From Thermoplasmata archaeon (GTDB taxonomy: Archaea; Thermoplasmatota; Thermoplasmata; Lutacidiplasmatales; UBA184): a DNA stretch of 64,000 bases. Shown here piece by piece: positions 7,968 to 18,078 of the stretch. The stretch covers positions 50,249-114,248 of the forward strand of contig DATJUI010000015.1 of assembly GCA_035502455.1 (NCBI GenBank), read 5' to 3'. Made by a program: the position numbers and the translations under genes. The notes under the pieces were generated by a model. The model had not been told where the DNA came from. It was given only the letters and a program-made list of their open reading frames with translations, and did no database searches. How positions within the stretch are numbered: position 1 is the first letter of the stretch; the number at the start of each line of letters is the position of its first letter.

Positions 7968-9552
7968 CGGCGTGCCGGCCGGGGGTTCCGGTCCGCTCCC
8001 GTCGGGCGCCGGGGGTTCCGAGCTCGAGCGGATCCGCGCGATCGTCGCCGCCTACTTTCCGGTCTACGAGACCCGGGTCGGGCCCCAGTCGCTCCTGCTC
8101 GCGATCCACCCGGACCCCGCGACCCTCGAGACGAAGTTCGACGCGCTACGGCGCGAGCTGTGGCCGAAGCAGTACGTGCCGCTCCTGCGGCGGCAGTCCG
8201 GCGAGGAGTTCATCGAGGTCGTCCGCCGGCCGCCGGTCGGCCCGTCGCGGACCTGGATCAACCTCCTGCTGCTCGCCGGCACGGTCCTCACCACGACGTT
8301 CGCCGGCGCGCTGATCTGGCTCGCGTACGTCGGCAGCAACACCCTCGGCCTCGGGGACTTCGCCTACGGCGCGCTCTACTTCGCGGCGCCGGTGCTCCTC
8401 ATCCTCGGGCTCCACGAGTTCGCCCACTTCTGGATGGCCCGCCGCCACCACCTGGACGCGTCGCTCCCGTACTTCATCCCGGTCCCGCCGCCGCTCCTGT
8501 TCGGGACGCTCGGGGCGTTCATCTCGATCCGCGAGCCGTTCCCGGACAAGAAGGCGCTGTTCGACGTCGGCGTCGCGGGCCCGCTGGCCGGGTTCGCCGT
8601 CTCGATCCCGATCGCGATCGCCGGGCTGTTCCTCTCCGTGCACGCCCCGTCGGTCCCGGCGAGCTACTGCGGGCCGACGATCCTCGGGGTCAGCTACGGG
8701 AACCTGCTCATCGGCACGCCGCTCCTCTGGCTCGGGCTCCAGCTGTTCGTCCCCGTGAGCACGAGCCTGAGCCCGCTCGCGCTCGCGGGCTGGGTCGGGA
8801 TCCTGGTCACCGCGATCAACCTCCTGCCCGCCGGTCAGCTCGACGGCGGCCACGTCTTTCGGGCGCTGTTCGGCGACCGGGTCCGCTGGGTGAGCTACGG
8901 CGCCGTGCTCGTGATGTTCGGCATCGGGATCTTCTTCTACGCCGGCTGGCTGTTCTTCGCCCTCCTGATCCTGCTCCTCGGGGTCCGCCATCCGCCGCCG
9001 CTCAACGACCTCAGTCCCCTCGACTGGAAACGGGGGGCCATCGGCGCGTTCGCGATCGGGGTGCTCGTCGTCGGGTTCGTGCTGACGCCGCTCGCGACGC
9101 CCGCCGGGGCGGTCGCGTTCCAGAACAACGGGATCGGCTACCCGACGGCCCCGCCGGGGGCCGCCGTGTACACGAACCTCTCGACGCAGCTCGCCAACCA
9201 GGACCCGCTGCCGCACGGGTTCGTCGTCGCGGGGTCGGTCGTCAACGTCTCGGTGCCCGTGGGGAACTCGAGCGAGTACCTGACCGGGGCGGCGTTCGCG
9301 AGCTGGACCGCGAACGTGACGTGGACGGTCTACCTGCCGCACGGGGCGGTCTACACCGCCCGCGGGGCGTCGTTCGCGCTGCCGTCGAGCGACTTCCTGA
9401 CGATCAACGGGACGACCTGGGCGCCGCTCGCGATCGGCTTCGCGAGCCCCGCGGCGGCCACCAGCGCGGGGATCGACCTCTCGGCCTCGGAGTTCTGCGC
9501 GCTGACCGGCGGGTCCGCCTCGACCTCGTTCGCGCCGAGCTGGGACGCCTAG
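7957..9552 (+). CDS. Site-2 protease (M50) with a C-terminal extracellular extension
   Basis: HEFAH zinc motif, AGPLAG, NLLPAGQLDGGH and multiple TM helices. Confidence 0.9.
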   Translation: MGSNGVPAGGSGPLPSGAGGSELERIRAIVAAYFPVYETRVGPQSLLLAIHPDPATLETKFDALRRELWPKQYVPLLRRQSGEEFIEVVRRPPVGPSRTWINLLLLAGTVLTTTFAGALIWLAYVGSNTLGLGDFAYGALYFAAPVLLILGLHEFAHFWMARRHHLDASLPYFIPVPPPLLFGTLGAFISIREPFPDKKALFDVGVAGPLAGFAVSIPIAIAGLFLSVHAPSVPASYCGPTILGVSYGNLLIGTPLLWLGLQLFVPVSTSLSPLALAGWVGILVTAINLLPAGQLDGGHVFRALFGDRVRWVSYGAVLVMFGIGIFFYAGWLFFALLILLLGVRHPPPLNDLSPLDWKRGAIGAFAIGVLVVGFVLTPLATPAGAVAFQNNGIGYPTAPPGAAVYTNLSTQLANQDPLPHGFVVAGSVVNVSVPVGNSSEYLTGAAFASWTANVTWTVYLPHGAVYTARGASFALPSSDFLTINGTTWAPLAIGFASPAAATSAGIDLSASEFCALTGGSASTSFAPSWDA

Positions 9553-10547
9553 GGCGCGCGGGCGTACGCCCGGAACGTCCGGGTCAGGCTGCGGTGGACG
9601 CGGACCGGCACCGAGACGACGGGCGTCCACGGCGGACCGAGCGGCTCGTAGCCGCCCGGGAAGATCACGACGACCCGGCCGCCGTCGCGGACGCGGTCCG
9701 CCCACCGGGGGAGCACGCGCGCGACGAGCTCGGCCGCGACGGCGCCGCCCGTGCTCGACGAGCGGCCGTACGGCGGGTCCGTGATCACCGCGTCGCACGG
9801 CAGGGCCCCGGTCTCGATCGTCCCGGCGTCCCCGACGTGGAGCTCCTCCGCGGAGAGTCCCAGGTGGGCGAGGTTGCGCAGCGCGCCCCGCACCATCGCC
9901 GGATCGACGTCGATCCCGACCAGCCGCGCGCCCAGCAGCCCGGCCTCGGCGAGCAGCGCGGCGGTCCCCACGAACGGGTCGACGACCCGATCCCCGGGCC
10001 GGACCCGGGCGAGGTTCACCGCGGCCCGGGCGAGCCGCGGCGGAAGGCCGACGGGGCGCTGGAACGGGAGCGTCGGCATCCGGCGCCGGCCCGGACCGGA
10101 CCGGTCGACGGGCGCGATCTCCTCGAACAGTGCGTCGCCGCCGTCGTCCGCGACGAGCCAGAACCTCCGCGCCGGGTCGTCGAGGTCGATGCGTCCCCCA
10201 CCGCTCCGGTACGCGGCACCGGCCGCCCCCACGCCGGGGTCCCGGCCGCCGCCCGTCGCGTGGCCGATGCGCCGCACGGCCGCGCCGGCCCCGCTGCGCC
10301 CTTCGATCGCCAGCTGGGCGGCGACCTCGCCGGGACCGGCGAGGCGCACGAGGCACCGGCGGGCGAGGGCGAGCCGGCCCGCGAGCTCGATCGCGGCCGC
10401 CCGGTCCGGGACGTCGAGGGCCACGAGGTCGGAGGGCGTTCGGGGCGCGGGCCCCGGGCGGCCGCCGACCGCCTCGGCGGCGGCGGCCGCCTCCGCCCCC
10501 GCGAGCGCCGGCGCCTCGAGCGACCGCTCCACGAAGACCCGGATCAT
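9549..10547 (-). CDS. tRNA m2G10 methyltransferase (Trm11/TrmG10-like)
   Basis: PRLARAAVNL, VVDPFVGT and ITDPPYG motifs; start ATG at 10547. Confidence 0.8.
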   Translation of the reverse strand: MIRVFVERSLEAPALAGAEAAAAAEAVGGRPGPAPRTPSDLVALDVPDRAAAIELAGRLALARRCLVRLAGPGEVAAQLAIEGRSGAGAAVRRIGHATGGGRDPGVGAAGAAYRSGGGRIDLDDPARRFWLVADDGGDALFEEIAPVDRSGPGRRRMPTLPFQRPVGLPPRLARAAVNLARVRPGDRVVDPFVGTAALLAEAGLLGARLVGIDVDPAMVRGALRNLAHLGLSAEELHVGDAGTIETGALPCDAVITDPPYGRSSSTGGAVAAELVARVLPRWADRVRDGGRVVVIFPGGYEPLGPPWTPVVSVPVRVHRSLTRTFRAYARAP

Positions 10548-11020
10548 GGCCCGATCTCCGCGGACCACGCGGCGAGCCGCTGGCGCACGCGCGCCGTGTG
10601 GGACCCCTCCCAGTAACGATGGCCGCACCGGGCGCAACGGACGGTCGGTCCGCCCCGCGGCGCGAGCGGTCCGGCGGCGTCGGGGGCGCCGCCGGACGGC
10701 GGCGCGCCGACGTCCGGCACGAGCGGACCGTTGCAGAGCGTGCACCGCGTCATCGCGACGGTGCGGGGGATCTCGGGGAAGGCCCGGGCCACGGCGATCC
10801 ACTGGTCGCGGAGCGATCCGCTCGAAAGGAGCAGCGCGCGCGGCGCGCGGCGGGCGAGCGCGCGGTCGCGCGTGACGATCACCCGGCCCTCCTCCGCGGC
10901 CCGCCGCAGCACCTCGTCGTCGGACGCGCCCCGCACGTACTCCGTGTCGCACCCCTGGAAGCGGAGGTACCGGGCCAGACGACCGACCATCTCGTCCGCC
11001 AGGAGCCGGGGCCCGTCCAT
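10544..11020 (-). CDS. Mut7-C (DUF82) PIN-like RNase with zinc ribbon
   Basis: LLADEMVGRLARYLR..G.DT, IVTRDR, RCTLCNG and CARCGHRYWEGSH. Confidence 0.9.
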   Translation of the reverse strand: MDGPRLLADEMVGRLARYLRFQGCDTEYVRGASDDEVLRRAAEEGRVIVTRDRALARRAPRALLLSSGSLRDQWIAVARAFPEIPRTVAMTRCTLCNGPLVPDVGAPPSGGAPDAAGPLAPRGGPTVRCARCGHRYWEGSHTARVRQRLAAWSAEIGP

Positions 11021-11095
11021 CGTCGACCGCGCGCGTCCGCGCAGGGCGGTCCGTGATATAGCGCCCAACCCGTGGGGGCGACGAACGGAGGTACG

Positions 11096-12478
11096 ATGGG
11101 CGAGCGCCTGTTCGGGACGAACGGGATCCGGCGGGTGGTCGGCGAGGAGCTCACGGCGCCGTTCGTGACCCAGGTCGCGGAGGCGATCGCGGCCACGGTG
11201 CCCCCCGGCGCGCCGATCGTCGTCGGCTGGGACGGCCGGACGTCGAGCGTCCCGTTCGCCCGGATCGTCGGGGCGTCGCTCGCGCTCGCCGGCCATCACG
11301 TGATCGAGGTCGGGCTGCTGCCGACCCCCGCGGTCCAGTTCAGCGTCCGGCGTCTCGGCGCCCAGCTCGGGGTGATCGTGACCGCGTCCCACAACCCCCC
11401 CGAGTTCAACGGCCTGAAGTGCATCGCGGCGGACGGGCTCGAGGTCCCCCGGAGCGTCGAGGAGGCGATCGAGACCGGCGTCGAGCGCCGGGTCACGGCG
11501 GTCGCTCCGTACCCGAAGGTCGGCACGATCTCGAGCGACGCGCACGGGGCGTCCCACTACCTCGACGGGATCCTCGCCCAGGTCGACGTCGCGCGCGTTC
11601 GGGAGCGCCGCTTCTCGGTGGTCCTCGACTGCGGGAACGGCGCGTCGGTCGTGACGAGCCCCACGCTGCTGCGTCGGCTCGGCTGCCGCACGGTCACGCT
11701 GAACGGACACGTCGACGGCACGTTCCCGGGCCACCTGTCGGAGCCGACCGAGGCGAACCTGAGCGATCTCCTCAAGGTCGTGCCGGCGTCCGGCGCGGAC
11801 CTCGGGATCGCGCACGACGGCGACGCCGACCGCGCGGTGTTCGTCGAGGCGAGCGGCCGGTTCGTGCCCGGCGAGGAGATGCTGACCCTCCTCGCCCGCG
11901 ACGCGGTCGAGCGGCACCCCGGGGGGCTCGTCGTCTCGCCGGTCTCCGCCTCGCAGGCGGTCGAGGACGCGATCCGACCGTTCGGGGGCCGGGTGCTGTA
12001 CACCCGGGTCGGCTCCCCGAGCGTCACGCACGCGATGCAGGAGCACTCCGCCGTCTTCGGCGGCGAGGAGAACGGGGGCCTCATCTTCCCCGCCTTCCAG
12101 CTCGCCCGCGACGGGGCGATGACCGCCGCCATGGTCCTCGACCTGCTCGCCCGCCAGGGCGGGTCCCTCACCGACCTGCTCGCGACGATCCCCCGCTACA
12201 CGATGGTGAAGGAGAAGACCGCCTGCCCGGTCGCCCTGCGCGAGCCCGTGCTGAGCGCCGTGCGCGCCGCGCTCGAGCCGGGGAGCGCGGGGATCGAGAC
12301 GATCGACGGGCTCAAGGTCCGCTTCGCCGACGGCTGGCTCCTGCTCCGCCCGTCCGGCACGGAGCCGCTGTTCCGCGTGTTTGCCGAGTCGAAGGACCCG
12401 GCCCGGGCCCGCGCCCTCGCCGACCGGGGGCTCGCGGCCGTCCGCAGCGCGCTCGAGCACGTCGGCTCCGTCGCGTAG
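11096..12478 (+). CDS. glmM: Phosphoglucosamine mutase / phosphomannomutase
   Basis: FGTNG, TASHNP (phospho-Ser), DGDADR, GEENG and RPSGTEP; GGAGGT RBS at 11087-11092. Confidence 0.9.
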   Translation: MGERLFGTNGIRRVVGEELTAPFVTQVAEAIAATVPPGAPIVVGWDGRTSSVPFARIVGASLALAGHHVIEVGLLPTPAVQFSVRRLGAQLGVIVTASHNPPEFNGLKCIAADGLEVPRSVEEAIETGVERRVTAVAPYPKVGTISSDAHGASHYLDGILAQVDVARVRERRFSVVLDCGNGASVVTSPTLLRRLGCRTVTLNGHVDGTFPGHLSEPTEANLSDLLKVVPASGADLGIAHDGDADRAVFVEASGRFVPGEEMLTLLARDAVERHPGGLVVSPVSASQAVEDAIRPFGGRVLYTRVGSPSVTHAMQEHSAVFGGEENGGLIFPAFQLARDGAMTAAMVLDLLARQGGSLTDLLATIPRYTMVKEKTACPVALREPVLSAVRAALEPGSAGIETIDGLKVRFADGWLLLRPSGTEPLFRVFAESKDPARARALADRGLAAVRSALEHVGSVA

Positions 12479-12493
12479 GCGCGCCGGGCCGCG

Positions 12494-12922
12494 TCAGCGG
12501 ATGAGCGGCCCGAGGACGAGCAGGCCGAACAGGAGCAGCGCGAGCACGGTCGCGGTGACGATCGTCATCCCGCGCTCCCCGGCCCGCTCGAAGTAGATCG
12601 AGCCGGAGAGGACGCGCACGAGCGGCGTCGCGACGAGCACGAGCAGCCCGAGGGTGAGGTACGCGCTCGGCTGGCCGCTCGCGAGGCCCGCGGCGAGGCC
12701 GGAGATCCCGAGGTACCCCAGGATCGGGTTCGTCGCGAGGACGTCGCCCGACGTCGCCCCCGGATTCGCGATCAGGTACGCGATCAGCGCGCCGAGGAGT
12801 AGGACGACGGCGGCGACGAGCCCGATGCGCAGCACCCGGGTCATCCAGACGTACGCCGACGGGGCGAGCTGCCCCTCCTCCTCCTCGACCGTCGGGCCCG
12901 GCGGCGCCCCCGAGGCGGTCAC
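12494..12922 (-). CDS. DUF1634 membrane protein
   Basis: VLRIGL...LGLLVLVATPLVRV; GTG overlaps the stop of the TauE gene, the usual partner. Confidence 0.75.
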   Translation of the reverse strand: MTASGAPPGPTVEEEEGQLAPSAYVWMTRVLRIGLVAAVVLLLGALIAYLIANPGATSGDVLATNPILGYLGISGLAAGLASGQPSAYLTLGLLVLVATPLVRVLSGSIYFERAGERGMTIVTATVLALLLFGLLVLGPLIR

Positions 12923-13785
12923 GGCAGGCCCAACCCCCGCAGGATCACTTCGATCGCGAGCACCAGGATCACCGGCGCGAAGAGCAGGCGCACGGTGCGG
13001 TTGCGCAGCCCGGGGAGGACCCGGCTGCCGGCGTAGGCGCCGAGCGCCGTGCCGACCGCCGCGGGGGCGGCGATGACCGGGTTGACGAACCCCGCCGCGA
13101 ACAGGACGCCGGCACCGGCCGCCGCCGTGACCCCGATCATGAAGTTGCTCGTCGCGGTCGAGACCTTCATCGGGAGGTTCAGGAACCGGTCCAGCGCGAG
13201 CACCTTGAACACCCCGCCGCCGATGCCGAACATCCCCGAGACCAACCCCGCCCCGAACATCACCCCGAGCGCGGGCGACGTGTCGGCCGCCTCGTACGTC
13301 ACCTCCCGGTCGAGCGCCTGGTCGCGGTAGACCCCGCGCAGCCCGAGCGCCCGGGAGCGCGCATCGGGGGGCCGAGGCTCCGGCAGCTCCTGGCCCCGCC
13401 GCGCGAGGCTGCCGGGGACGATCAGGACCAGCACGACGCCGAGCGCGATCAGGAGCGCGTCGGAGAGGCTCGCGTGGACTAGGAAGACCGTCGCCGTCGC
13501 GCCGATGAGCGCGCCGGGCACGGTCGCGATCTCGAGGAACATCCCGATGCGCAGGTCGCTCAAGCGATCGCGGACGTAGGCCGCGCCGGTGGTCGAGGAG
13601 GTCGCGAGGATCGTGACCAGCCCGGTGCCGGCCGCGAGCGGGAACGGGACCGCGAACAGGACCACGAGCGCCGGGATGATCACCACCCCGCCGCCCAGGC
13701 CCGTCAAGGACCCGATGAGGCCGGCCGCGATCCCCGTCAGCGCGATGAGGAGCAGCAGCAGCCAGAGGTCCACGGCGGCGGACAC
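12919..13785 (-). CDS. TauE/SafE (TSUP) sulfite-exporter family protein
   Basis: GSLTGLGGG, SGMFGIGGG and MKVSTATSNFMIGVTAA. Confidence 0.9.
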   Translation of the reverse strand: MSAAVDLWLLLLLIALTGIAAGLIGSLTGLGGGVVIIPALVVLFAVPFPLAAGTGLVTILATSSTTGAAYVRDRLSDLRIGMFLEIATVPGALIGATATVFLVHASLSDALLIALGVVLVLIVPGSLARRGQELPEPRPPDARSRALGLRGVYRDQALDREVTYEAADTSPALGVMFGAGLVSGMFGIGGGVFKVLALDRFLNLPMKVSTATSNFMIGVTAAAGAGVLFAAGFVNPVIAAPAAVGTALGAYAGSRVLPGLRNRTVRLLFAPVILVLAIEVILRGLGLP

Positions 13786-13880
13786 GCACTCCGCGGGAAA
13801 AGGCCGACGTTCGAGTCCGGGGGACCGGCGGTCCTGAAACTTGATGCGGGCCCGCCGCTACGGCGGTCGGAGCGTGGACG

Positions 13881-16349
13881 GTGGAGCCCCGGGGAACGCG
13901 GATCGCGAGCGGTGGGCCGGGGATGGCCCCGCGCTGGTCGCACAGCAACAAGGACGGCGTCGGCACGGCCTACAGCGCCGACTCGAGGATCTGGTACACC
14001 GTCTGGCGGGGCATCGTGACGGAGGTCTACTTTCCGACCATCGACCGCCCGCAGCTGCGGGACCTCGAGTTCCTGCTGACGGACGGGGCCACGTTCTTCC
14101 ACGAGGAGAAGCGGCTCCCGAACCCCGTGACCGAGCGGTCGGGGGAGCATGCGCTCTCGTTCCGGACGCGCGCGGGCGACGGGCAGGGGCGGTACCGGAT
14201 CCACAAGGAGATCATCGCGGACCCGCACCTCCCGTGCCTGTTGCTGCGGAGCCGGCTCGAGCTGCTCGCCCCCGAACTGGCCGGCCGACTCAGACTGTTC
14301 GTGCTCGCCGCGCCCCACCTCGACGTCGGCGGATGGGGGAACTCCGCGACCGTCTACCAGGTGCTCGGCCAGCAGATCCTCGCGGCCGAGAAGGACGGGG
14401 TCGCGCTCGCGCTGGGGGCCACGGTACCGTTCCTCCGGGCGAGCGCGGGCTACGTCGGCACGAGCGACGGCTGGACCGATCTCTCCCGGAACCTCGACCT
14501 CACCGAGGAGTTCGACCGCGCCCCCGACGGGAACGTCGCCCTGACGGGCGAGGTGCCGACCGCGGCCCACCGGGAGTTCACGCTCGGGCTCGCGTTCGGC
14601 GAGAACATCCAGGAGGCCGTCACCACGCTGTTCCAGTCGCTCAGCACGCCGTTCGAGCTCCATCTTCGACGGTTCCACGAGCAGTGGCGCCGGCTCGCGG
14701 TCCACGAGCGTCCGATCTCCGGCGTCGCCCACGACGGCGGCCGGCTCTACCGCGCGAGCCGATCGGTGATGCTCGCCCACGAGGACAAGGTCTACCCCGG
14801 TGCGTTCATCGCCTCCCTCTCGATCCCGTGGGGCGCCGCGAAGGGGGACGAGGACCGGGGCGGCTACCACCTCGTGTGGACCCGCGACATGGTCCAGACC
14901 GCGAGCGCCCTGCTCGCCTCGGGGACCCCCCAGGCGCCGTTGCGCGCGCTCGTCTACCTCGCGACCCGCCAGCAGCCGGACGGGGGCTTCCCGCAGAACT
15001 TCTGGGTGACCGGCGAGCCGTACTGGCGGGGGATCCAGCTCGACGAGGTCGCGTTCCCCCTGATCCTCGCCCACCGGCTGCGCGAGGCGAACGAGCTCGC
15101 GCAGTTCGACCCGTTGCCGATGCTGCGGGCCGCGGGCCGGTTCCTGATCCAGCACGGCCCGGCGACGGAGCAGGACCGGTGGGAGGAGGTCGGGGGATAC
15201 TCGCCGTCGACGATCGCGGTCTCGATCGCCGCGCTCACGGTCGCCGCGAAGCTGGCCGGCCAGCGGGGCCACGACCGGGACGCCGCGTTCATCCAGGAGT
15301 ACGCGGACTTCCTCGAGCAGCACGTCGATCGGTGGACCGTCACGGAGCGCGGCACGCTCGTGCCGGGGATCCCGCGCCACTACGTTCGGATCCGCCCCGT
15401 CGCGATGGACGACGTGACGCCGGACGAAGGGCCGGATCTCGGGATGGTGCGGCTGCCGAACCTGCCGCCCGGGACCCCCGGTCTGGTGCCGGCGGCGGAG
15501 GTCGTCGACGGCGGCTTCCTCGATCTCGTCCGCTACGGGATCCGGTCGCCGCACGACCCGCTCGTCGTCGACTCGGTGGCCGTGCTCGACCACGTCCTCA
15601 AGGTCGACACGCCGCTCGGACCGGTCTGGCGCCGGTACAACCACGACGGCTACGGCACCCGCGCCGACGGCGGCCCGTACGACGGGTGGGGCCAGGGGCG
15701 CGCCTGGCCCCTCCTCACGGGCGAGCGGGGCCACTACGAGCTCGCCGCGGGACGCGACCCGGTCCCGTACCTGCACGCGATGGAGCGGCTGGCGACCTCC
15801 ACGGGCCTCCTACCGGAGCAGGTGTGGGACGAGCCCGACCGACCGGCGCTCCACCTCGAGCTCGGCCGCCCGACCGAGTCGGCCGTCCCGCTCGTCTGGG
15901 CGCACGCGGAGTACGTGAAGCTGCTGCGCTCGTGCGCGGACGGGCACGTCTTCGACATGCTGCCCGAGGTCGAGTCCCGCTACCGGCATCGGCCCGGCCA
16001 CCTGCGCCGGTTCGAGGTCTGGAAGCGCAACCGCCAGCCGGCGACGGCCCGGACCGACGAGACGATCCGGATCATCCTCGACCGGCCGTTCGTCGTCCAC
16101 GCGAGCGACGACGGCTGGGCGACCGTCGTCGATCGGCCGTCCGAGGAGTCGATCCTCGGCCTCCACTACGCGGACCTCGCCCCCCTCGAACGCCCCGGTC
16201 GGGTCTGGCGGTTCACGTTCCACTTCCCCGGCCCCGGCACCTGGGAGGGGAAGGACTACGCCGTCCTCGCGGTCGACGGGGCGGCCTCGGCGGCGGCGGC
16301 GACGCCCGAGGCTCACTCCACCGCGAGCCACCGGCTCGAGACGAAGTAG
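13881..16349 (+). CDS. Glucoamylase / glucan 1,4-alpha-glucosidase (GH15)
   Basis: ASLSIPWG, GGYHLVWTRD, QLDE, QDRWEE, RYNHDGYG, WPLLTGERGHYE, LPEQVWD and PLVWAHAEY. No signal peptide seen. Confidence 0.92.
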   Translation: MEPRGTRIASGGPGMAPRWSHSNKDGVGTAYSADSRIWYTVWRGIVTEVYFPTIDRPQLRDLEFLLTDGATFFHEEKRLPNPVTERSGEHALSFRTRAGDGQGRYRIHKEIIADPHLPCLLLRSRLELLAPELAGRLRLFVLAAPHLDVGGWGNSATVYQVLGQQILAAEKDGVALALGATVPFLRASAGYVGTSDGWTDLSRNLDLTEEFDRAPDGNVALTGEVPTAAHREFTLGLAFGENIQEAVTTLFQSLSTPFELHLRRFHEQWRRLAVHERPISGVAHDGGRLYRASRSVMLAHEDKVYPGAFIASLSIPWGAAKGDEDRGGYHLVWTRDMVQTASALLASGTPQAPLRALVYLATRQQPDGGFPQNFWVTGEPYWRGIQLDEVAFPLILAHRLREANELAQFDPLPMLRAAGRFLIQHGPATEQDRWEEVGGYSPSTIAVSIAALTVAAKLAGQRGHDRDAAFIQEYADFLEQHVDRWTVTERGTLVPGIPRHYVRIRPVAMDDVTPDEGPDLGMVRLPNLPPGTPGLVPAAEVVDGGFLDLVRYGIRSPHDPLVVDSVAVLDHVLKVDTPLGPVWRRYNHDGYGTRADGGPYDGWGQGRAWPLLTGERGHYELAAGRDPVPYLHAMERLATSTGLLPEQVWDEPDRPALHLELGRPTESAVPLVWAHAEYVKLLRSCADGHVFDMLPEVESRYRHRPGHLRRFEVWKRNRQPATARTDETIRIILDRPFVVHASDDGWATVVDRPSEESILGLHYADLAPLERPGRVWRFTFHFPGPGTWEGKDYAVLAVDGAASAAAATPEAHSTASHRLETK

Positions 16350-17089
16350 CCGATCGTCAGCATCGTGCCGGCGAACAGTCCGAGGTAGCCGAGGTACGCC
16401 CAGTTCGGCGCCGTCCCGAGCACGAAGCTGCGGCCGAGCAGCGCCGAGAACGTGATGGGGTTCACGTTCGAGATGTCCTGCATCCACGTCGGGAAGTGCG
16501 AGCTCCCGAACAGCGCCGCGCTCGCGAACATGAGCGGCATGGTGATGAAGTTCGAGACGACGCCCGGCGTCTGCCAGTCGGTCGAGCGGGCCGTGATCGC
16601 GAGGAACAGGCTGCAAAAGCCGATCGCGAGCAGCATGAGCGTGACGATCCAGGCGAACCAGTCGAGCGGCGAGAGGTGGAACGAGACGCCGAAGGCGATC
16701 GCCGCGGCGATCATCACCGGGAACTGCACGAGGCCCCGCGTCGCGGACCCGAGCGCCTTCGTGACGAACACGAGCCCCTTCGAGGTCGGCGTGATCAGGA
16801 TCCGCTTCATGAAGCCGAACCGCTTGTCCTGGATGGTGCTCATCGAGCCGAACATCCCGACGGTGAGCATCGACGTCGAGAGGACGCCGGGCAGCAGGAA
16901 CTGGATGTAGTTGCTCGCGCCGAACAGCGTTTCGAGCTCCGAAGCGGGAAGGAGCGAAAAGCTGCTGCCGAAGAATGCGAGCCACATGAACGGCTGCACG
17001 ATCGTGATCAGCAGCACGAACGGGTTGCGGAACGTCCGGAGGATCTCCCGGGAGTACAGGCCCCAGAACGGGCTCCACTGCAGCTTCAT
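16313..17089 (-). CDS. ABC-2 type exporter permease
   Basis: QPFMWLAFFG, YIQFLLPG, DKRFGFMKRILITP and P.WMQ.IS.VNP. Confidence 0.88.
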   Translation of the reverse strand: MKLQWSPFWGLYSREILRTFRNPFVLLITIVQPFMWLAFFGSSFSLLPASELETLFGASNYIQFLLPGVLSTSMLTVGMFGSMSTIQDKRFGFMKRILITPTSKGLVFVTKALGSATRGLVQFPVMIAAAIAFGVSFHLSPLDWFAWIVTLMLLAIGFCSLFLAITARSTDWQTPGVVSNFITMPLMFASAALFGSSHFPTWMQDISNVNPITFSALLGRSFVLGTAPNWAYLGYLGLFAGTMLTIGYFVSSRWLAVE

Positions 17090-18078
17090 CGACGGGCCCT
17101 CTGCATCTGGGCGTAGAACTTCCGGACGTCCCGGATCGGCTCGTCCTCGCCGATCCGCCGGCCGGTGATCTCGAGGAAGACCGTCTCGAGGCTGGGCTTC
17201 TCGACGCTGATCCGGCGGATCCGGTCGGGGTGGATCGCCGCGAACAGGCGCGGCAGCACCTCCTCGGACGAGGTCACCCGGAGCGTCCAGCCATCGCCCT
17301 GGCCGCGGACCTCCTGCACGCCGGGCACCGCCGCGAGCGCGCCCGAGTCGAGGGCTTCCGCCGTTTCGAGCTGCACGATGTCCGCCTTGACCCGCGCCTT
17401 GAGCTCGGACGGGGTCCCCTCGGCGAGGATCCGGCCCCGGTCGATGATGGCGATGCGCTCGCAGAGCGCATCGGCCTCCTCGATGTAGTGCGTCGTCAGG
17501 AGGACGGTCACGCCGAACTCCTTGTGCACCTGGGTGACGATGTCCCAGAGCATCCGCCGGGTGCTGACGTCGAGCCCGATCGTCGGCTCGTCCATGAAGA
17601 TCACGCTCGGCTGGTGGAGGAGCGCGAGCGCGATCTCGAGCTTCTTGCGCATCCCCGTCGAGAAGTGGCTGACCTTGTCGTCGGCGCGGTCCTTGAGCGA
17701 GAAGTACTCGAGCAGCTGCTCCGCCCGCTCCTCCCATCCCGTGAGGCTCTGCAGCTTCGCCTGCAACCAGAGGTTCTCGCGGGCGGTGAAGTCGTCGTCG
17801 AGTATCACCTCGGCCGCGACCCAGCCGATCCGGGCCTTCGCCTCCATCGGCTGGAGCTGGATGTCGAACCCGGCGACCAGGCCGTGCCCTTCCGTGATGT
17901 CGGTGATCCCCGTGAGGACCTTGATGAGGGTCGTCTTGCCGGCGCCGTTCGGGCCGAGCAGGCCGAAGACCATCCCCTTCGGGATCGTGAGGTTGACGTG
18001 GTCGAGCGCCTTCACGCCGCGCTCGGGCGAGCCGTAGATCTTGGTGAGGTTGTTCACCACGATCGCGGCCTCGGTCAT
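17086..18078 (-). CDS. ABC exporter ATP-binding subunit (DrrA-like)
   Basis: GPNGAGKTT, FSTGM, MDEPT and TTHY; C-terminal PSLE.VFLEITG. Confidence 0.92.
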   Translation of the reverse strand: MTEAAIVVNNLTKIYGSPERGVKALDHVNLTIPKGMVFGLLGPNGAGKTTLIKVLTGITDITEGHGLVAGFDIQLQPMEAKARIGWVAAEVILDDDFTARENLWLQAKLQSLTGWEERAEQLLEYFSLKDRADDKVSHFSTGMRKKLEIALALLHQPSVIFMDEPTIGLDVSTRRMLWDIVTQVHKEFGVTVLLTTHYIEEADALCERIAIIDRGRILAEGTPSELKARVKADIVQLETAEALDSGALAAVPGVQEVRGQGDGWTLRVTSSEEVLPRLFAAIHPDRIRRISVEKPSLETVFLEITGRRIGEDEPIRDVRKFYAQMQRARR

